Of a stretch of DNA of 64,000 nucleotides, positions 59,840 through 64,000 are shown one piece after another. The notes beneath the pieces were generated by a model that was not told the origin of the DNA, searched no databases, and saw nothing but the letters and a program-made list of their open reading frames with translations. The position numbers and the translations under genes are program-made. The first letter of the stretch is position 1. Each line of letters begins with the position of its first letter. Origin of the DNA: Dysgonamonadaceae bacterium (GTDB lineage: Bacteria > Bacteroidota > Bacteroidia > Bacteroidales > Azobacteroidaceae); contig JAITQA010000146.1 of the NCBI GenBank assembly GCA_031289145.1, forward strand, positions 14,072-78,071, given 5' to 3'.

Positions 59840-59982
59840 TTTCGTTTTTTGTATGTACAAAGTTAGGAAAATATTTTTATACGGCAGCCATTTTTTGTAT
59901 AAAACCATAATATTCTGCGCTAATCCGCATTATCTGCGCTCGTTCGCCCTCTTAGTACATGCCGAAATTACATTGTGCTTTG

Positions 59983-60064
59983 CGTCATTGGCAACAAAGT
60001 GAAGCAACCCGGTATAGAACGGCTCAATTTCCGGATTGCTTCAGCCTTCAGCCTTGCTATGACG
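59983..60064. repeat. REP-like long imperfect palindrome
   Basis: CGTCATTGGCAA (59983) with TTGCTATGACG (to 60064); inner arms GAAGCAACCCGG 60001-60012 and CCGGATTGCTTC 60031-60042 (1 mismatch). Confidence 0.75.
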
Positions 60065-60085
60065 GCGACAACCGTCAAAAAAACT

Positions 60086-63000
60086 TCATTGCAACTGTTT
60101 CAACATTTCTTCAACCGCTTTTTCCAATTGTTGGTCTTGTCCGGTAACTAAGCGGTCGGGCGCATTGGCAATCTTAAAGTCCGGTTCCAATTGCTGGTTT
60201 TCCAGATAGCTGCCGTCTTCAATCCGATAACCTACTATCGGAATTCCGAATACCAATGTCGGGTCTTGCAAAGTTTCCCATGAAACGGTGGTCATGGTTC
60301 CCGGAACAGGCATACCGACCAATTTCCCAATATTCATGTTGCGGTAAACCCAGGGAGAACCATGTGCATTGGAATAGTTGGCTTCACCGGTAATCATGAT
60401 GGAGGGTTTATCCCAACGGCGGCTCGGCATATCACAACTTTCCACGCCCCGGATAACCTGCGTAAAATATTTTTTTCCGCTGAACAGTATTTCCAAATCT
60501 TCATGCAAACGGCCGCCTCCATTGAAACGGGTATCTATCACGATGGCTTCCTTATTGTTGAACTTACCCAGTATATCGGAATATATCGAACGGAAACTCG
60601 GATCGCCCATGCTTTGGATATGCACATAGCCCAAGCGTCCGCCGGACAATCTGTCTACATCGGCCTCGCGCTGTTTCACCCAGCGTTTGTAGAGCAAATC
60701 AGTCTGAGCGCCGGAGGAAATGGGTTTAATTACTTCTTCCCAGCGTTCCTTGCTTATGGGATCGTAGAACGAAACCAAAGTCAGTTTACCGGCTTGTTTA
60801 TTCAGTAGCGGAAAATAATCCTGTCCCGCAAGAATTTTCTTGCCATTGATAGCTTCCACCACATCACCTTTTTTCACCTTACTGTCTGCAATGTCAAAAG
60901 GCCCTTTTTCGAGGACTTCGTCGACCAACAAGCCGTCTTTTCCGTAATTCCACGAAAACAACAAGCCTAAGCTGGCGGTGACATCCGGATTAACGGGCTG
61001 GGGAGAGTAACGTCCTCCCGTATGCGAAGTGTTCAGTTCACCCAACAGTTCACTGAGTAATTCGGCAAAATCAAAATTATTGTTGATAAACGGCAGGAAT
61101 TTGGAATAGGCTTTCTTCATCAGGTTCCAATCCGTACCATGCAGGTTTACGTTATAAAACCGTTTGAGTTCTTGTGTCCATGCATGATTGAACATGTATT
61201 CCCGCTCAGCGGCTAAATCTATGTCCATCTGGGCGGCTATTGTAATCACGTCTTTTTTGCCTCCGGCAAGCGTGATTTTTTGCGGACTTCTACCCAATAA
61301 AAACAAAGATTTTCCTTCTTTATCCAAAACCAACGAACCTCTACCGGCTCCTTTCACTTCCAATTTGGTTTCTCTTGTGCGGGTATTGATCGACCATAAA
61401 TCATAATCTTTTTCAAAAGTTGCCAGATAGTACAGTTTATCGCCATCGTTCGTCAACACCGCATCGCCCATTTCGGAAGAGTTCGGGGTAAGACGCAGGA
61501 TACGGTCTTCTATATTTTTTAATTCTACCACAATGTCTTTGTTGTTTTTCTTTACCGAATCTTCTTTGGCGGAAGTCTCGTTCTTATCTTTTTTATCGTC
61601 TTTTGTATCTTTCTTTTTGGCTTTTTCCTCTTCCTGCAGCAATTTATAATCGTCTTCGTTCAGGCGGAATTTGTCGTAGGCTTTCTGATTCACAAAAACA
61701 AGCATGGCGTCATCTAACGAACCCCAGGATGCATGATTCCGCATTCCATATCTTTCGGAAAGGAAAAGGATAGCATCGCCGTTTAGTACCCAACGTGGAT
61801 TCCTGTCGGTGTAACCGCTGTTCGTCAGGTTGGTAACAGCGCCACCCTGTGCGCTCACCAAACCGATATCCGAATACGGTTCATGTCTGTTGGGCGAATA
61901 GACAATGGTAAACCATTTACTGTCGGGCGACCATTCGTAATCTACATCCCCCGAACTACCGGGATTTCCGGAACCGTCGGTAACCTGCCGAACTTTTTTC
62001 GTAGCGATAGTGTAAACCATCAGTTTTTTCCTGCCCTCAATGAAAGCGATTTCTTTTCCGTCAGGTGAATATTTTGGGCGTATCCGTTCTATTTCAGACG
62101 GATTGAACAAAGGTTCATCGTCAATAAGCGTGGCATTGAAGAAATAAGATTCTTCGGAGCGGTTGATTTTGGCGATATACAAACTCCATGTCCCTGTTTT
62201 TTCGGAAGCATACACCAACGATTTCCCATCAGAAGAGAAAGAGGGCGCATTGTCTTGAGCGGCGGAATTTGTAATTCGTTTGGTATATTTGTAGTCAACC
62301 GAAGAAACGAAAATCTCACCTCTCATAAGAGCTGCAACCTGTTTGCCGTCAGCAGAAACCGTTTGAACACTTGCCGTACGGCCGCTCAGTTCTTCGACAG
62401 CATTCTTTTTTTCTTCTTCCGTGATTCGGACAGACAGTTTCTTCGGCTTTCCGTTCGCTGCCTGCGTATAGATTTCGCCATCGTACCAGAAGCAAAGCGT
62501 TCCGTTGCCTGCAATCGTCAGGAAGCGCACCGGATGTGTTTTGAAATCAGTTACCTGGCTCACTTTCGAAGGATTATCCAGCGGAAAGGCATGTACATTG
62601 TAAGTACCGGAACGTTCGCTTAAAAAATAAACCGTCGAATTATCGGGACTTAATACGGGATAATTGTCTTCACCGGCATCAGAAATCAGTTCGGTAAATT
62701 TGCGAGTAGTCAAATCGTATTGCCAGATATTCCTGGTTACCGACGATTTGTGGTGCTTGCGCAAACGGTCTTCATTCCCTTTACGGTCTTGATAGACAAA
62801 ACTTTTTCCATCTTTCGAAAAGAAAATATTTTCAGCAGGCGTTGCCAGGATTTGTTCCGGACGGCCTCCGGAGATGGATACCTTGTATAATTCACTCATC
62901 ACGGCCGAGGGAAATGCCGCACTGACTGCGGGCGCTTGTATTTTGGCGCCGAAAACAATATTTTTCCCGTCAGGCGTAAAAGCATAAGGCGATTCGGCGC

Positions 63001-63325
63001 CCGAAAAAGTCGTCAAACGCAAGGCTGCACCCCCGTTGATAGAAACGATATAAATATCAAAATTCCCAAAACGGTTGCTGGCAAAAGCGATGTTCTTACC
63101 GTCAGGCGCCCAGACAGGCATATAATCATGCGCTATGTGCATCGTTAGCTGTCTGGCTTCTCCACCGGAAACAGGAACCGTGTAAATGTCTCCTTTGTAA
63201 CTGAATGCAATTTGAGAACCATCGGGAGATATAGCAGGATACCTCAACCAAAGCGGACTATTATCCGCAACTAAAGCGTTTAAAGAAACAAGCAAATAAA
63301 TTGCAATAAAACCGAAAATCTTCAT
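60086..63325 (-). CDS. Tricorn-like S41 protease with PD40 beta-propellers
   Basis: LWLRYPAISPDG, WAPDG/FSSDG/YSPDG/WSPDS repeats, LGELNTSHTG, PDZ-like domain, GYVHIQSM, IDTRFNGGG, NYSNAH, ENQQLEPD. Confidence 0.93.
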   Translation of the reverse strand: MKIFGFIAIYLLVSLNALVADNSPLWLRYPAISPDGSQIAFSYKGDIYTVPVSGGEARQLTMHIAHDYMPVWAPDGKNIAFASNRFGNFDIYIVSINGGAALRLTTFSGAESPYAFTPDGKNIVFGAKIQAPAVSAAFPSAVMSELYKVSISGGRPEQILATPAENIFFSKDGKSFVYQDRKGNEDRLRKHHKSSVTRNIWQYDLTTRKFTELISDAGEDNYPVLSPDNSTVYFLSERSGTYNVHAFPLDNPSKVSQVTDFKTHPVRFLTIAGNGTLCFWYDGEIYTQAANGKPKKLSVRITEEEKKNAVEELSGRTASVQTVSADGKQVAALMRGEIFVSSVDYKYTKRITNSAAQDNAPSFSSDGKSLVYASEKTGTWSLYIAKINRSEESYFFNATLIDDEPLFNPSEIERIRPKYSPDGKEIAFIEGRKKLMVYTIATKKVRQVTDGSGNPGSSGDVDYEWSPDSKWFTIVYSPNRHEPYSDIGLVSAQGGAVTNLTNSGYTDRNPRWVLNGDAILFLSERYGMRNHASWGSLDDAMLVFVNQKAYDKFRLNEDDYKLLQEEEKAKKKDTKDDKKDKNETSAKEDSVKKNNKDIVVELKNIEDRILRLTPNSSEMGDAVLTNDGDKLYYLATFEKDYDLWSINTRTRETKLEVKGAGRGSLVLDKEGKSLFLLGRSPQKITLAGGKKDVITIAAQMDIDLAAEREYMFNHAWTQELKRFYNVNLHGTDWNLMKKAYSKFLPFINNNFDFAELLSELLGELNTSHTGGRYSPQPVNPDVTASLGLLFSWNYGKDGLLVDEVLEKGPFDIADSKVKKGDVVEAINGKKILAGQDYFPLLNKQAGKLTLVSFYDPISKERWEEVIKPISSGAQTDLLYKRWVKQREADVDRLSGGRLGYVHIQSMGDPSFRSIYSDILGKFNNKEAIVIDTRFNGGGRLHEDLEILFSGKKYFTQVIRGVESCDMPSRRWDKPSIMITGEANYSNAHGSPWVYRNMNIGKLVGMPVPGTMTTVSWETLQDPTLVFGIPIVGYRIEDGSYLENQQLEPDFKIANAPDRLVTGQDQQLEKAVEEMLKQLQ

Positions 63326-63340
63326 CGTTTGTATTATTTT

Positions 63341-63389
63341 TAAAATTCTTAATTTTTAGTTTTTAATTTTTAATTTTTAGTTTTCAATT
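63341..63389. repeat. Heptamer tandem repeat, consensus TTTAATT x7
   Basis: taaaatt cttaatt tttagtt tttaatt tttaatt tttagtt ttcaatt; the last unit overlaps the upstream stop. Confidence 0.85.
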
Positions 63390-63998
63390 TTCCTTCCCAA
63401 TCACCACCAGCACCTCTTCCCCCGTTCCAATGCGGTAACCGGCGGAAGAAAACAAGATGCCTCCGTTACGGGACAAATAGATTGTGAGTGGAAAGTTATC
63501 ATTGAACCCGGTTAGCTGTAAGGCGCCGGTTACGGCTTGCAGTAGATTCCGTTGCTTATCAATGCCCCAAACTGCATTTTCCGGCAAACCTTTGAAGACC
63601 GAAGCATCGAAACCGTTTATTTTGTCATCCGGAACCATCAGGAGTACGCCTCCTCCCCATTCATCAAAGGCTTGTTTCACAGCCGGGAAATCCTGTAAAA
63701 TATGCTTGGAAGGTTCTTTTCCGGGGTCTAACAAGCAGAGCGCCAAGCCTTTCCCTTTCGACAATTCCTTCAATGTCGATTTTGTGTTGTTCTCCAATGC
63801 CACAATCGTATTCATATCCACGATACCTTTGACAAACAATTTCCCTTCCGGCTCCGGCAAACGGATGCTAAGGGTCTGCGATTTACCGGCTTTCAGTGTA
63901 AAGTATTGCGTGTGTACCGAAACCGAACCGTCGTTGGCGCGACCCCCTGTCATCAACCGGTAATACCCTTCATCCAAATCCAGGGAACAGGGAAATTC
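63384..63998 (-). CDS. 3' end of a Bacteroidota transglutaminase-like domain protein (5' part outside window)
   Basis: Frame open to the window end (EFPCSLDLDEGYYRLMTGGRANDGSV...PGKEPSKHILQD...GYRIGTGE); C-terminal motifs recalled from Bacteroides transglutaminase-domain proteins. Confidence 0.6.
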   Translation of the reverse strand, partial: EFPCSLDLDEGYYRLMTGGRANDGSVSVHTQYFTLKAGKSQTLSIRLPEPEGKLFVKGIVDMNTIVALENNTKSTLKELSKGKGLALCLLDPGKEPSKHILQDFPAVKQAFDEWGGGVLLMVPDDKINGFDASVFKGLPENAVWGIDKQRNLLQAVTGALQLTGFNDNFPLTIYLSRNGGILFSSAGYRIGTGEEVLVVIGKEN

Positions 63999-64000
63999 GG

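Noticed and set aside
1-64000. CRISPR array, rRNA, tRNA, IS/transposase, prophage genes
   Set aside because: No spaced 25-45 bp repeats, tRNA arms, rRNA signatures or mobility-gene motifs recognised by eye; tRNAscan-SE, Infernal and ISEScan would be needed to exclude them formally.

Overview
Bacteroidales chromosomal segment, inferred from SusC/SusD pairs, an HTCS, the T9SS translocon sprA and TAnnTTTG promoters. (1) 1-24851: pectin-type polysaccharide utilization locus, minus strand: T9SS-tailed PL1 pectate lyase, susC/susD, FN3/beta-helix surface glycan-binding lipoprotein, kdgF-like cupin, second susC/susD, GH2, GH31, and an alpha/beta-hydrolase esterase missed by the ORF track. A divergent HTCS follows, with a TonB-C lipoprotein and a uronate-pathway SDR behind it. 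(2) Core genes: GHL10, tex, meaB, DUF1573, rsfS-ftsH-cdsA, ruvA-sprA, dedA, pdxK, nhaD, lamin-tail protein, asd, tricorn-like S41 and a transglutaminase-family 3' end. (3) Three AT-rich accessory inserts. The most interesting (about 36.3-44.3 kb, between cdsA and ruvA) is a class I lanthipeptide cluster, lanC-lanA-lanB(glutamylation)-lanB(elimination). Its 81-aa double-Gly precursor has a 56-residue core with 6 Cys and 14 Ser/Thr and ends in a nonpolar tail. The cluster has no transporter or LanP; instead there is a divergent PDZ/S41 lipoprotein protease and an orphan LuxR-type HTH behind a structured leader. The second insert is a CPBP (Abi-like) gene preceded by an apparently truncated bacteriocin leader (MKNLDLNAYGVSEM). 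The third is an MNT/HEPN toxin-antitoxin pair next to REP-like palindromes. No rRNA, tRNA, CRISPR array, integrase or transposase was recognised. All family calls come from motifs read by eye, not from database searches.
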